Shown: one piece after another, positions 26,357 through 39,639 of the stretch | Layout: each line of letters begins with the position of its first letter | Numbering within the stretch: position 1 is the first letter of the stretch | Source of the DNA: Podarcis vaucheri | Lineage: Eukaryota | Strand: one strand, 5' to 3' | Length of the DNA: 64,000 nucleotides | Assembly (NCBI GenBank): GCA_965113315.1 | Contig: OZ220364.1 | Program-made: the position numbers and the translations under genes | Notes under the pieces: model-generated | Database searches by the model: none | What the model was told of the DNA's origin: nothing | What the model saw: only the letters and a program-made list of their open reading frames with translations

Positions 26357-29300
26357 GTGAGAATTACTCTGGGGGGGAAATGGAACCATGAAGAGGAAGA
26401 GAATTGAGTGTCTTCCTCTTAGGGCCAATTGAATGACTTCATTCCCAATAGAGAGATGTACTTTTAACCAATGCCTATTAAGTATCATTCGCATTATCTA
26501 GGATCTGCATATTTCACTGTGTACTGCATGACTCTCTCTTCCACTGACTTGGCATTTTGCAGTAAAAAAACCCAAGACTGTCTTAGGTTCAGGACCCATT
26601 CAGTTCAGTCATAGGCCAACAGGGGTGTGTAGACTGCATAATGACTTGCCTACCTGGTGCAAAGGTTGTAGAAGTCACGTTTCATCTAGTTAGACTGGTA
26701 GAGACCGTCAGAGTGAAGATGACAGTCATGGTGCACGTCAGCACCAGTGAAATGGGGAAATGTAGTTGTGCAGTATTGGAAGCAAACTTTAGGTGGGTAA
26801 GCAAGAAGCTGAAATTCAGAATTGCTTCCTCCAGAATTCTACCTGCCCTATTTGCAGTGCCAGGTAGACAGGCAAAGCTGAGGCATTTCAATGCATGCCT
26901 AAGATTGCAGTGTCAAAGGACAGCTTTTGACTTCTTAGACACTGGAGAAGGTTTTGTAATAAGCCAAGCGTATACAAAAGGGACAGGTTCCGCTTGAACC
27001 AAAAAGGAGCCAGGCTACTAGCACTTAGGATCAAAACAATGGCAGAGAGTAGGAATAAATTGACTGTTCTCACAGTGGAGGGATGAGAAAAGTGTGCTCT
27101 ATTAGAACCAGTACTTTTTAACTTGCTCATAATTAAACTTGCATTAGAGCTAAGCAGTGAGGTGGCCAAGTGGTAGAAGCAAAAAAGAGTTCCAGGAGTT
27201 CCAAAATGATCTTTCTTAACTGGATGAACTGGCAATAAAATGACAAGCGCAGTTTAGTGTAAGTCAGCATGAAGTGACTTACATCGGGGGAAAACATTCT
27301 CCTAATTCTCCTAACAACTATCCCTATTCAGCTGCTGAAGACTAAGACTTAAAGGTCTGAAATATGGGGAGCCTGGTTCTGTGCATGTAGGCACAGGATT
27401 CTAAGCCACCCAAGGAGCCCTCAGATCTTTAGGACACAGGGCAGGGCCACAGAGTGTAGCCCTGCTCTCCCCTCTCTTAGTTGTAATCATGTGAAAGGAT
27501 AATGATTAAAGAGAGCTGCTAAGTCAGTCTTAGTGGCCCCCGAATAGCAGTTGCTAGGGAACAATTGTCCTGCTTTCAAGCTTTCCATTGGTCCAAAAGT
27601 GAGCTTGTACTCTCCCTCATACTAATAACACTGCAAATGGACAAACTTTGTTGAGATCACAACTTGGGATGGAAGGATTAAAGCTGCAGGTCTCTCCCTG
27701 CACCTATTACTATTTTTTTTTAATTAAAAAAACTTGCCATGCTTCCAAGTGATGCATTTAGTGTTGTGTGCAGTTTGGCCCTCAGGCATATGTAAGTGCA
27801 AGCCTTTATCCTTCTCTCCCTCTTCTGTGCTCACATGCTCTGTGTTTCTACAGGAACTATTCATCACCGAGTTAGCCAAAAGTCAACCAGGATTATGTGA
27901 CTCCTCCTAGTTTGAAGATCAAACATAACCTTCGGTTTTGCAGTGCTCTTGTGATTCTTTTTGCAGTGTGTGTCACGATAGGATCTCAGATTTCTGCAAC
28001 AAGATCAGAGAAATGTTGTGTTAGCTCAGTGGGCCTGCTCCCTTCATTGATGCTGCTGCTTTTGAAGCAAAGGCTACAGAGACCTGAAAATGCAGGATCA
28101 GTCTTAATGAAGCTTTCTGAGGTGACCAGCCTTTTGGGGGGGCATGTTGTATTCTTAGCATTGCAAAGCATTTGTTGTTCTAGGCACAAGTGATCAGAGT
28201 AATAGAAAGGAGAGACAATGTGAACAGATTCAGTTATGAACCAGGGGAACATGGTAGAAAAAATCAAGATGAAAATGCAAGAAGGTCATAACTATAGCCT
28301 TTCTGCAGTGAAGGAAACAAAGAAGTTTAATTCAGATGATTAACTCATATTAGAAGCTGTGTGTCCTCTGTGACATGACTAGTGAATGCTCAACAACCAA
28401 AGCAGGGCTTCTGCTGTACAGTTGTCATGTTCACTTATCTGCACTGTGTTTCTGGCTGCAATTACAAGTCCTGTGGCTTCTGCTGCCTCTCCCTTCCCCT
28501 CTGTTCTCCATCTCACTAAAACCAAACCCAAATTCCTTGAAAATCTCACTGTTAAAAGGTACAGATACCTTGCTAAGCAAATACATGCCGTGTTGGTAAT
28601 ATACACAGATAACTCTGACCATGGAGTTTGGATTATTCCCTAATACAGAATCTGAATTTTATTTTGTTTCTTGATATGGAAAATGCCCAACCCTATCTGT
28701 CTCTCTCCAAGTGTCAGAAACTAGCACCAAATGTTGGCTTCCGCAAGCAGGACTTGTTAGTTGAATCTAGGCCAATTATACATGTTATTTATATACATAA
28801 CTCTGAGTAGTTATGGCAGTGCTCATGAAGTTATTACAGTAAGTGCCACACTTTTAGTATTTGGGAGGAGGGAGAGGTCCCTGTACTGCATACCCTTGAG
28901 TACCCCCGTGGGGGGGGGAGCACTGGAATAGGTAATAGTGGCCAATCTCAGAAGAAGCTTTTTAGCCCATGTTCTCTCATAATAACTAAGCATTGGATCT
29001 TCTCTGCCCCTTCCCACTCAAAACGCTCAACCATAGGCTTATTTGCAGGAGGGCGGGGGGGGGGGTATCCATGTACAGAAACTATTTCTTTGATTAAAGG
29101 CTCATGCCTGCAGTTGGTTGATAGTTTCATATAGATGTTAGGAATGCCTTTTGGTATGGACAAGCTGAGTATGCCATCTGCTTCCACATCATGTAAGCCA
29201 CATCTCTGGAACCCATTAATGTTTCCTAATTAACTAGCTGAAGCAACCTGGATTTAGGTAGAAGCGTGGGAATACATTTGCACCTTGTTAAAAAGAAGGG

Positions 29301-32300
29301 GAAAGAGCCTACCCTACTGAGCAGCGATAAGGAACATAAAGCTGGGGAGAAAGAAATTTTAAGGCTGCCCATAGTGCTTGCCATGTTTTACTTTTTATTG
29401 GGGAGCTTCCTCTCAAGAAAGCAGTCCAATTCTTTTCTGGTTGTTACGCTAAAGCCAGTCATGCAAGGTGAATCACTTCTTCATCCTTCCTTCATTTTAC
29501 TATCAAAACTGTCTCCTGCTTCTCCAGGGAGGTAGGGAGGAGAGGGCATCTAGCCAATGCTGCCGCCGTTGCTCAAGCAGACTGTATGTTTACTTGATCA
29601 GTTCCAGTCTCGAGCGCTTGCCACATCATATAACTTTTTCCTAGGGAACAGTTCAGGATCAAAATGTGAACCTTTCTCTGTGAGCATTGGTTGGCTAAAA
29701 TTGGCCAGGTTTAAACTGACAACACTCAGAGTCAATTTTATTGTCAACTGTGGTAGCAGAAATTGCACAAGTGTTAAATTTAATCAGGCTCATGGGCTGG
29801 GACCAGCATCTCTCAGCAAGGCGAATGCATGCACTTGCCAAGGCAGGTACAGAGAATTTCACTCCCCGAAAGGGAACCCCATCTCCAGTATCTCCCCCCC
29901 CCCCCCGTTTCAAGGAGGAAGAACATTATCATGACAGGAAATGGGAGGCTGGTGGAAAATGCCAAAAGAACAAAGCAGTCTCATTTTTGCAGAAGCAGTA
30001 AGACTCAGATCAAGCTTCTCTCTTGCTGGCAGGAGATCATGGCTTGTGTTTAGTAACACGGCCAAAAAGAGGAATATTAATAATATGCCCTTTTTAAGAA
30101 AAGAAGAAGTTTAAATATTGTAATGGGGAATTTCATACTGTGTGTTGTACAGCCTGGGACTCAGTCTTGGCATTACCACATTTCCTTATGAAAGCAATAG
30201 GGTCTGGTATCCTTTCAGGAGTGGTGGCTAGCTCCCAGCATCTGAAGTGTACTCAGGAGACTGCAGAACATAGCAACCCAGTGCCATGAAAGCACATCCA
30301 ATTCTGAGCCACCCAGTTTGCTTGAAGTGACAAGCGGGGATCTCTGCCATAATGTGCTTTATCAGTTAAGGGGATTTACTCTGGGTAGGCGGTGGTGGCA
30401 GAGCAGATAACAGCCTCACAAATGTAACAGACGTTAGAGACCCACAGTGGCCTGGAGCCATTGGTATTACTGCTCCCAAGAATGTTTATCTCAAGAGACT
30501 ATTTAGTTTATCTCAGATGCCCCACTTTTACCTTCTGTTTTCCTGAAAGACATCTTGTCCTGATTTTCATTCATTTTCTGAAAATTTAAATAATTCCTGG
30601 GGCTATGGAATTTATAGACTGCCTGTGTATGTACCAACGGTAATCACGCAGAGGCTGATTTTCAAATTGCCTTGACTTTGTAATTCAAATTGGGTTGTGG
30701 GCTAGACATTAATTATGTCAGCCAACATCTATTTACAACCGGGGGGGGGGGATTTTAAACTGGGCAGTTCTTATCAGCAAGTGACATTTGGCAGATGGAT
30801 GGGTTTAGCAACAAAACAGTGAAGAGAGAGGAAAAGGACAATTGTGTAGAGCCTTTCCTCATTTGTATAGCCCTTGTCTGCCCGGAAGGAGAGCAGTAAA
30901 GAGAGGACTTCACTTTGTTCAGAATAAGTGACACTGAACTTTGCTCCTATTTCCTTCAAATGTTTTTTTTTTATTATTTTAATTAACTGGATCATGTTTT
31001 GAACAGCCTGCTGGCAAAATGTGTAACTGAGCAGTTTTAGAGAAAAAGACAAATTTTTGCCTGGAGCACATTATCCTGGCTGTAGAAATAGAGGCCTAGA
31101 GATGTGGGCTGGCATTGATTGACCTTAGCAGAGGCTTGAGACTTCTCTTCCTCTTCAAAATGATGATCCAAGAAGCCTCTTACTCAGTTTGTACAAAAGA
31201 CAGAGGTATGTCATCATTGATCTGTGAGCATAGGACGTACAAAGGCAGAGGGCCCCGTTGCTCCGTGTAGTAAATGTGGAGGCAGATGGGCAGGGCTAGT
31301 AGGCAGCTGTTTTAAATTTAATAAGACAAAAGTCAGTCGATTATTTGCTTCCCCCACCCACGCTTTCTTTTGCAGACACAAAAACGATAGTGATTCTGCT
31401 ATTGGGACACCTGAGGGACTGATGCAATCAAAGTCGAAGCCCACTCAGTAAATTCATTGTCACCTACACACTGTACACAGCTGTGTTAAGTTCCAAGTGC
31501 TTTCATCTTCCAAATAAAGAATATTCAATGGCCCATATGGGACAGCTGCTCCAGTTCACCTCACCTCCCAAATATGCATTATGAAGTAACCAGTAGGGGG
31601 CACCAGAGTAGTAGGAGGAAAATTGCATTGGCTTAAGAAAAGGCAGTGTTTGAGGTTTAGAGAGCTAAAATTAACTTTTTAAAGTTGTGTTGAGTTTAAA
31701 AAAGTGCTAAAAATATCCTCTTGCAAGCAAGTTGGTGAACCTCCCTTAGTGCCTTGCAAAAATATGGCCTTTCCTGTCTTACAGCCTTGCTGGAACTTCC
31801 AGTCATCTCCCACCTTAACTGCTACAGTCTTTGCATCTCTACGATCACATTCCCACCTACTCCCTTGCCTCTGACCAAAATCATTCACCTCTGTCATCAC
31901 TGAGACCACATGACACCCTTTCTTACCTCCTCCATTCCTGGATCTAGCACAAACATTTGTCCTTGCCTTCATTACTCTGCCTCCCCTGATTATTCTGCCT
32001 GCATATCCATCCCCATAATCTTCACTCTTCCATCTCCACCATCCGTTGTCCGTCCCCCACATCTTCAATGCCTAGAACTGCCTCCAGAAACCATTTGATG
32101 CTGCATCTTATTTCCTTCAGACTCTTTCCCCAAATTCAGTTTCCTTGAAGAACTTCGACACAGACACTTACTGTTCTTCCTCTGCCGAAACCAAGCCTAA
32201 GCACTTGTAATGAAGCTCAAGGCATATCCTGCCCATGTTCACCCTTACTGCCAGTTTATGTCTCTCCTTCTATTCTTCCCATCCACCCCACGGCAAGTCT

Positions 32301-32909
32301 TAAGATGATAAGCTGATCAGGGCTCTGTGTTTTTTTAATTCTCCATAGGGAAGTATGCATATTGATGGTGCTGTATAAATGATAACTGTTAAATGCCGTC
32401 ATCATTTCCTCGCTACACCTGGACATGGTTTCAAAACAGTGGTCATTGGAAACAGCCGAGACTTGCCTTGACTGGATTGTGGTCAAACTTCTATGCTTCA
32501 AATTCACAACCTTTATTTTGACTGTGTTTTTGGTCTTCATAGCCACTGCTACATTCAGAGGCACCAACATGATATATGGGTACCATAGAAGAAGTAAGAC
32601 TTTGAATATTGCAAACGGCTTGTTTGCCACTAGCATATATAACGACTAAGATGTAGCAGATGCTGGAGAAGGAGAGATTCAAAGGAGCATGCGTGGCAAA
32701 GTAACATGCAGTCAACATCTTCTACGGGAGATTTATGCCTTGTTCTGCACTTCACCACATGCCCACCCCTTCCTTGTGAACCCTCCTGAATGTTGGTGCT
32801 CTTATCCACCTATTGGACCTGGTGTTGATTTAAATAAAGTTTCTCACTTTCTCATTCATATGTTTCCCAATCAACCATTCTAATTGGTTGTGGTAACAAA
32901 TAAAACATG

Positions 32910-33400
32910 TTTTAAACTTGGCCACTATGATTCATGCATTGGTAACTTTACAATTGGACTCCTATAATTTGTTCTTTGTGGGACTTCCCCTAAGACTGGT
33001 CTGGAGGCTTTTGGAGAATCCTGTGCCCAGGTGGTTGAGTGGAAGACCTTGATACACACATAATTTTACACCTGTGCGTAAGGAGCAGCTGCCGTGCAGC
33101 TAGCCAGTCATGTACAAGGTCTTGTTACTAACATATAAAACCCTGAACAACTCAGGGCCAGGTTACCTGAAAGACTTCCTTCCCTGTCTGCAAGAAGATT
33201 TAGATCATCTGGGGGAAATTTACTTGTGGCACCACATCCTACAAAACATCACAAGGCACCCTACAGAATAACACAAAACAGGTATTTTCCATCATTGCCC
33301 CTACACTTGATCTCCATATGTGTCTATGAGAGAGAGAACCTTTGTACTCAAAACTTGCTGAAAATTCACTTGACTGTTTCCATTTGGTTTGATCAAGGGA
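32910..33400 (+). mobile_element. Degenerate L2-clade LINE ORF2 3' fragment
   Basis: Broken frames give VT..LDSYN.LFVGLPL and KVLLLTYKTLNNSGPGYLKD, hallmark L2 C-terminal motifs. Confidence 0.72.
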
Positions 33401-36400
33401 TATAGATTCTGTTTAAAGAGATTGAGACTGCAATCTTATGGTCACTTTTGGCAGTAAGACCCATTTGAACTCGCTTCCCCCTTCCTCTCCTCTCCCATGC
33501 AGCTCCCTGCGTGCCCCAAATATCTGCTCCAGAGCATCCCCCAACCCAAAGGTGAAGGAAGAAACGGAAAGGGCGTCCTGTTGTGGAAACAGATATACTT
33601 TAGATTTCCATCTATTCTTGTACCCTAGTATTTCTTCCTTTCTCCCACCACAAAACCTTCAGTCCTATTGAGTTATGCAAAATGCATCTTGACAAATTGC
33701 TGCATTCTGTCTTACAGTATTAAAAGTAGAGCAGAAATTGGATTTTTCTAACCACATAATTTGGAGGTCTTAACCGATCTCTCCATCCATCACTGCTATA
33801 TCTTCCTTGCTTCAGTGTGGGCAGGTAGTGTGTTGTTTTTGCTGGATCAGCTTTTGCTGACAGGCATATTCAGATGATGGAAACCTAATTCTGTAGGCAA
33901 AGATAAGGTTCAGTTATACTTCATCTCATTTTCCAGGTTGAACATGGAACAACTACAGCTACATAACCGCCAGCCGTGTTTATCCAAAGGCAAATGGGTG
34001 CAGCTGGATTTGCTCTTGTTTTCCAGCTCTAATCTCCCTCATCTGGACCAAGGAGGAGTAATTTGTTTTAGCATCTTTTTAGCTAAGAGTAGCTGGTTTG
34101 TTACCATACCAAGATAGAAGAAAACAACCACACACAGTTCTAAGTACAGGCCATTAATGGCTAAACTTAGACTTCAAAATCCCTATAACGTCTTACATAA
34201 ACTTAAACATTTAATTTATTTCCTAGAGAGACAAGAAGCTGGTGCTTCCCGCCGCCCCCACCTCCACTCTTAACCTCCCCCTCATGTGTCAGTCAGCTAC
34301 CAGAATCTGGAAATGATTTTAAAATTCCTTCATATTATTCAAGGCAGAAGAATTACCAAAATTGTGCTCTAAGCAAAACAGCATTCTTGGGTTGCCAAGG
34401 CAGTAAACAATGGCCTTAGGAAATGCAATAAGACTTCAACATCTGTTTTGGAGCTGATATTTTAACCATTCTGTGTTTATTTTACATGCCTGGTTGGTGA
34501 TCTCTGTCATACATCTGTGAAGCCAAAAACCAAGACAATGAAAGAGGTAGCAAGTCAGTTTGGAGCTCCAACTATAAGCCTGGTTTTCCATGCTGAGTTT
34601 TTAACATAAAAGTGCTTCTGGCTTTTGTCTTAAGTTTGTGAATGATAACATAGTTTAGCAAATCATGCTACCATTACAAGACTTTTTGCATACACCTAGG
34701 ACAGCATGAGTTTTAAAAGAACATCATTGTGCTTGACAGCTTTAGATAGAAAAGCACGAATATCCTGCACCTTCAATCTCATGTGGAACCTTAAAGGTTG
34801 CTGAAAATATCCTCCTGAAACAGTAACACCACTCAACAATAGCAGAAGTACTAGATTAAGTAGCTGCACAGGTTAACCACAGGAAGTTGACTATCAGCCA
34901 AACTTCTCATGGCACCAAATGCATCATTAGCACCCATATTACATGGCCAGGATAGGAAACCCAACTGCTTCTCAGCAGCAGTTCTGACAGTCTCCCAGCT
35001 CCCAAGAAGAAAATGGGAGCTTTCTTTTCAGGGCCAACACAGCCATGGGAAAGGGATGATCTCCATCAGTACTGCAATGAGGTATGAAAGGGCTGAACAT
35101 CTGCTTCCTACTTCTGCAATCCTGACAAAATCAGACATCACCACCTGCGCCTAACATCACTTTTTTAAAAACAAGCATACGGGCATATTATCAGTATCAG
35201 CATCATGCTGTATGTAGTTCAGCCTTGGTGGGTCTTTTTCCATAATGCACACCTAAATACACTTAAACTGGAATCCTAAACACAGTAGGGAGTAAGAACC
35301 ATTTGGCAAAATCATACTGACTTCCAAGTAATTTGGAATTTGGAAAGACTTTCTCAGGGCAGCTGACACAGTGTAGTAAAAACAGTAAAAAAATAATTTA
35401 TATTCTCTTAAGATTTAGTTTAGAGTGCATTTTTTATAGCCTCATCCAAAGGAATTTGCACAGAGGAGCACATAAAGATTTATGCCACTGCTACTGAAGC
35501 ACCATCCACTGCATGGCAATTGAGATAGAGGCAGACAACGCTGTTCCAGTTGCTTCTGAATCTCTGAATCTCAATGTAGGATTGCTAGGAGGCTCCTCCC
35601 AACTAAGCCTGCAAAATAGCACCAGTTGCTACTAAGTACCCCCAGAGTGGGAACACAAGTGGCTATTTCTGTATCAGCACTTTGAGTAATCCCAGCATCG
35701 CTACAAGTCTGCCCTGTCAGACAAAGGTTTTGAAAATGTAAAGGTAGAGTCTGGACCCAGTTGCACTGAAAAACCTAATTCTGTACTGCACAGCAAGAAA
35801 CGAAGCCATGCATGTTGCAATCAAGTTGACTTTGCAGTATCTCTTAGAAAGATTGCGTGAGAAGGCAGGCCCCTCATAAAACAACTCCCCTTGTTTGGCA
35901 CATCAGTTGTCTGGTTTGGAGCTGGGAGTTTCACCTGAAATGTTGGTTGTTTTTTGACAAGGAAGTGAGAGTTGGAAGTTATTTCTGAGACAGCGTTAGG
36001 ACATCTTGCCTTCTTGCTGTTCCTAGCATCCATCCCTTTGCAAACAAAATGGACTTTGATTCATCTTCTACAAGAAGGCATAACTCCACTGTAACAACAT
36101 CACTTCAGAAGTTGAATCTGTGAAAATCAGTCAAGCTTTATTAAAGCGTAGGCCCTAAAGATGTCCCTTGTGAAACAGAATGAAGCAGATACTAATGGGC
36201 ATCTGTGCTAAATTTCAGTGGAGCAGGATCTAGTCTTGTAGCATAAGTTTTTGAAAGACTGCAGTTGTGAGGAAATATTCCCATAGTTATATTCAGTGGA
36301 TCTCTGGGCCTATTTTCCCCCTTTAATTCTTGCTTCTGTATAAACTTTTAGGTGGTGTACAGGGATAGGTAACACAGAGACCCCGAATGTTGAAAGAACT

Positions 36401-36952
36401 GAAACAACCTTACAATTCTATAATTCTATGAATTTTTTACTCTTCAGTTTCAGGTTTCTGCCAAGCATTCATGGATCAACAGAAGGTCCTATGATACTGA
36501 ATTCTAAGATGTATGGAGTGTACAGAACTGAGAAGTTAGTTACTTAACACTAGGCATTTTCAGCCCTCTGTAGCCCTACATTATGTGGCTGTTAGAGGGT
36601 TGGCAACATACATTTCTGCTTAGGAAACCTATGGCAAAATATAGCAAGGTAACATGCAGGTGGTGACTGGAATCTTCTCTAGATTTCTGCTGAGCAAACT
36701 TTAAAAAGCTTATACTATTCAGTAGCCAAAGTTTATTGAATATTCTTCACTGTATTTGTTTTATATGTGTACCTTTGCAGAGTGGGTTCTGTGCAGAGCT
36801 GATGCACAGTCAGTTTGGACTGTGAAAATATATTGTGTGTAGTATAAAAAGGTGGAACCAAATGTGGAAACCAAAGGATAAAATGTATCTTAAGTGTTTT
36901 CTACAACAAATGGAAAGTGTGTGTTTTTTAGTCACAGAAGAGTTTAAGATGT

Positions 36953-36976
36953 TATATATATATATATATATATATA
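36953..36976. repeat. (TA)n microsatellite
   Basis: Direct reading. Confidence 0.9.
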
Positions 36977-36980
36977 GAAG

Positions 36981-37275
36981 TAAGGTGACCATTTATGCAT
37001 CACCCCCCCCCCAGATTTGCATAACATTTACATTATGCTATTTTATATGTAGAGGTGCAGATTTAAAAATAATAATTTTAATAGAAATGCAATGCATTTC
37101 ACCTTAGTGGGGAGAACTGTGACCTGTGTGCCTGCTCAGTCGGTTGTCTAGGTTGGTAGCTATTGTCAAGCAACTTCAGAGGTCCTGCTTTCCTTTTTAT
37201 GGTTCTTTATCTTTAAAAAGGCATCTCTTCCAATAGAGGACTGTCCTCTGAAAAGTAGAACATGTGGCCACCCTA
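36981..37275. mobile_element. Old hAT-like (Tip100-type TIR) non-autonomous element
   Basis: TAAGGTGACCA ... TGGCCACCCTA ends; degenerate 8-bp TSD TATAGAAG / TCAAGAAG; subterminal GAGGAC. Confidence 0.6.
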
Positions 37276-37905
37276 TCAAGAAGTTATAGTCAGTTAGTCC
37301 TAGCTGGGCCCTGTCCCCAAATCATCATCTTTTTATTGTCTCCAGATGAGGCCTCAGGCACTGTTTTTGGTTCTGAAAGCCTCAGTTTCTTGCTTTCTGC
37401 AAACATATAATTGTGTGGGGGAAAATACAAACAGTGCCGAATTCAAAATTGTAGATGAGAAGTGTGATTAAATTGTGTATGTATGACTTGCCGGAAATGC
37501 ACTAGAAGTAAACAGGTTGGACAAGGAATGCAAAAAACATCCCTGCATCCCCTGGAAGTATCACATACATTGCTTGGGTTCTGAGCCTTTTGCAAGTGTT
37601 CTTACTCCAAAAATGATAGAATGATAGAAGCATCTTTTTTTAAGAGTAACATTTAGCAACTCCTGCATCTGAAAAGGGTATTTGGAGTTTATGTGGAGAG
37701 TCGAGTAAACTGTTCCACACAGCTCCATCCTGTATACCTTTCACTGCCTTGGGGCAAGCTGATTATATTAATGAGACTTCTGCACCTGCAAGTGATTTAC
37801 TGGGTGTACGAAATGAAGACGCAGAAACTTCAGCCAAGTTATCCAGATTTCTGTGTCAGTGGCCCTGGCGTAAACCCTAATGCCTTGATTTCTCTTCGTT
37901 TGCAG

Positions 37906-38312
37906 GAGCATTGCTGCTGGGGGGGATTCTCTACTCCTGGCAGTTCCCTCATTTCAATGCACTCAGCTGGGGGCTCCGCGAAGATTACTCCAGAGGCGGC
38001 TACTGCATGATGTCTGTCACCCACCCAGACATGTGCAGGCGGGTGGCTCTGCGTCATTGCCTCGCCTTAATTGGACTTTCATCACTGGCTCCCATCCTTG
38101 ATGTCACCACGTGGACTTTCCCCATAATTTCTCTTCCCGTCAACCTGTACATTTCCTACCTCGGCTTTCGTTTCTACAGAGACGCTGACCGTGGCAGCTC
38201 CCGGAAGTTGTTTTTCTGCAGCTTGTGGCACTTGCCAATGCTCCTCTTGCTCATGCTGACTTGCAAGAAATCTTGGTACAAAAAGGACAACGAAAAGGAA
38301 TCCTTGAGTTGA
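37906..38312 (+). CDS. COX10: COX10 last coding exon (exon 7) to TGA stop
   Basis: Branch-point-like CCCTAAT (37875-37881), pyrimidine tract, CAG acceptor (37903-37905). The phase-1 join G|GA gives Gly. Translates [37 protein letters not shown]...[24 protein letters not shown]..., the conserved COX10 C-terminus. Stop at 38310-38312. Confidence 0.98.
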
Positions 38313-38920
38313 GGCATCATGTTGAAAAACTCAAGTTGCCTTTGTGATAACTATTGGCTTCAGAAGCTCCCGTTCAAAATGGCGTACATATTTCAGTTAT
38401 CATGCAGCAGGGAGGTTTTCTGTTGATGTATTCAGAGAGAATATTTTGTGTCCAGTGAACACTCTCTGTGATTTTTTTCAAATTAAATAATTTGATTTGG
38501 GACACACACATGACTCTTGGATTTGATTTTCAAATGTGAGATCCTTCCGTTGACTATACGGAGATGATGCTAAGATGCATGTTATATCTTAATAGCATAC
38601 TGATGAAAGAACAAATCTCTATCTAATTCTTAAGGATGTATGGCAAGCCTGCTGAATCTAGTCTGGCAACAGTTCCCACAGGTGACTCATATGCATCTAC
38701 ACTTTTCCACACCAAAACAGGAGGATTAGCTTAACAATATGCAAAAACCGCTCTGCCCTAGTTCTAGGAATATATTCTCATTCTGTATGGAAAGTGGAAG
38801 GGAGTAACAGTATTTGGAGCTGAAAGAAACCAGTAGGGAGTGTCATCCTCTCAGAGATGCTATTAACCTATGAGGGTGCCAAATTTCCACCTTTATTTAA
38901 ACTTTTTCTGAATATGGTAT

Positions 38921-39262
38921 CATAGGCGCCGACTCCATGGGGCCTGAGGGGGCCCGAGCCCCCTCAAAAATTTGTTTGGGGGGCTCCGCCCCCCCAATAA
39001 TCTCGGGCGCCCCTCCAGCAGAGCACCACCACCACCCCTCCCCCAGCCCAAAATGCACAGGGTCGGGCTGCATGCCTCCTGCCCTCCCTCCCGAGCAAAA
39101 GCTCCACCCAATTTCCTTCGGAGCTGATTAATAGGCGCAGCACGCTCTCCCCTATTCGCTCACGAGGAGGCGGCGCCACTTTATCTGCATATTCATGAGC
39201 TTATTTATTATTCATGAGCTTTTGCGGGCTCCCCCAATATTTTTTATAAGTCAGCGCCCCTG
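38921..39262. mobile_element. GC-rich hAT-superfamily non-autonomous element
   Basis: Perfect 8-bp TSD TATGGTAT (38913-38920 / 39263-39270); imperfect TIR CATAGGCGCCGACT vs CAGGGGCGCTGACT. Confidence 0.88.
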
Positions 39263-39607
39263 TATGGTATAGACAGTTCATAAAGGAAAGATACGGAGAA
39301 GTTTGACTGGAGCCACTAAAAAGCTCTTAAAAAGGAAAAACAGCCATGACTACTTGAGAGAGAGAGAGAGAAAGAGAAAGAGAGAGAATGAATAATAAGG
39401 GGTACACATACATTTTGTGTGTGTGTATGTGCACGCGCACATGGAACATAAAGCCCCCAATGTATGTTTAAAGGCAGACCACCATGCCGAAATACATTGC
39501 TTTCCCATCAGCCAGGTCTTTACTCTGTACAAGCCCTCACCTCATCTCTGGTTACCAACTTAGAAGTCCTTTTGGCATTTAAGCGGATCATAAATAATAA
39601 CCCTTAA

Positions 39608-39613
39608 AATAAA
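39608..39613 (+). terminator. Candidate COX10 polyadenylation signal (first canonical AATAAA after the stop); alternative ATTAAA at 38482-38487
   Basis: Motif scan by eye only; no transcript evidence. Confidence 0.3.
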
Positions 39614-39639
39614 GAATGTTAGTACCTGGTAGGATTTGT

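Noticed and set aside
26357-26391. ORF-track tail [10 protein letters not shown] after COX10 exon 6
   Set aside because: Intronic read-through past the donor site.
31700-32650. Pyrimidine-rich region with several overlapping ORFs, possibly an old LINE 5' portion
   Set aside because: No diagnostic endonuclease or RT motif could be identified by eye; left unannotated.
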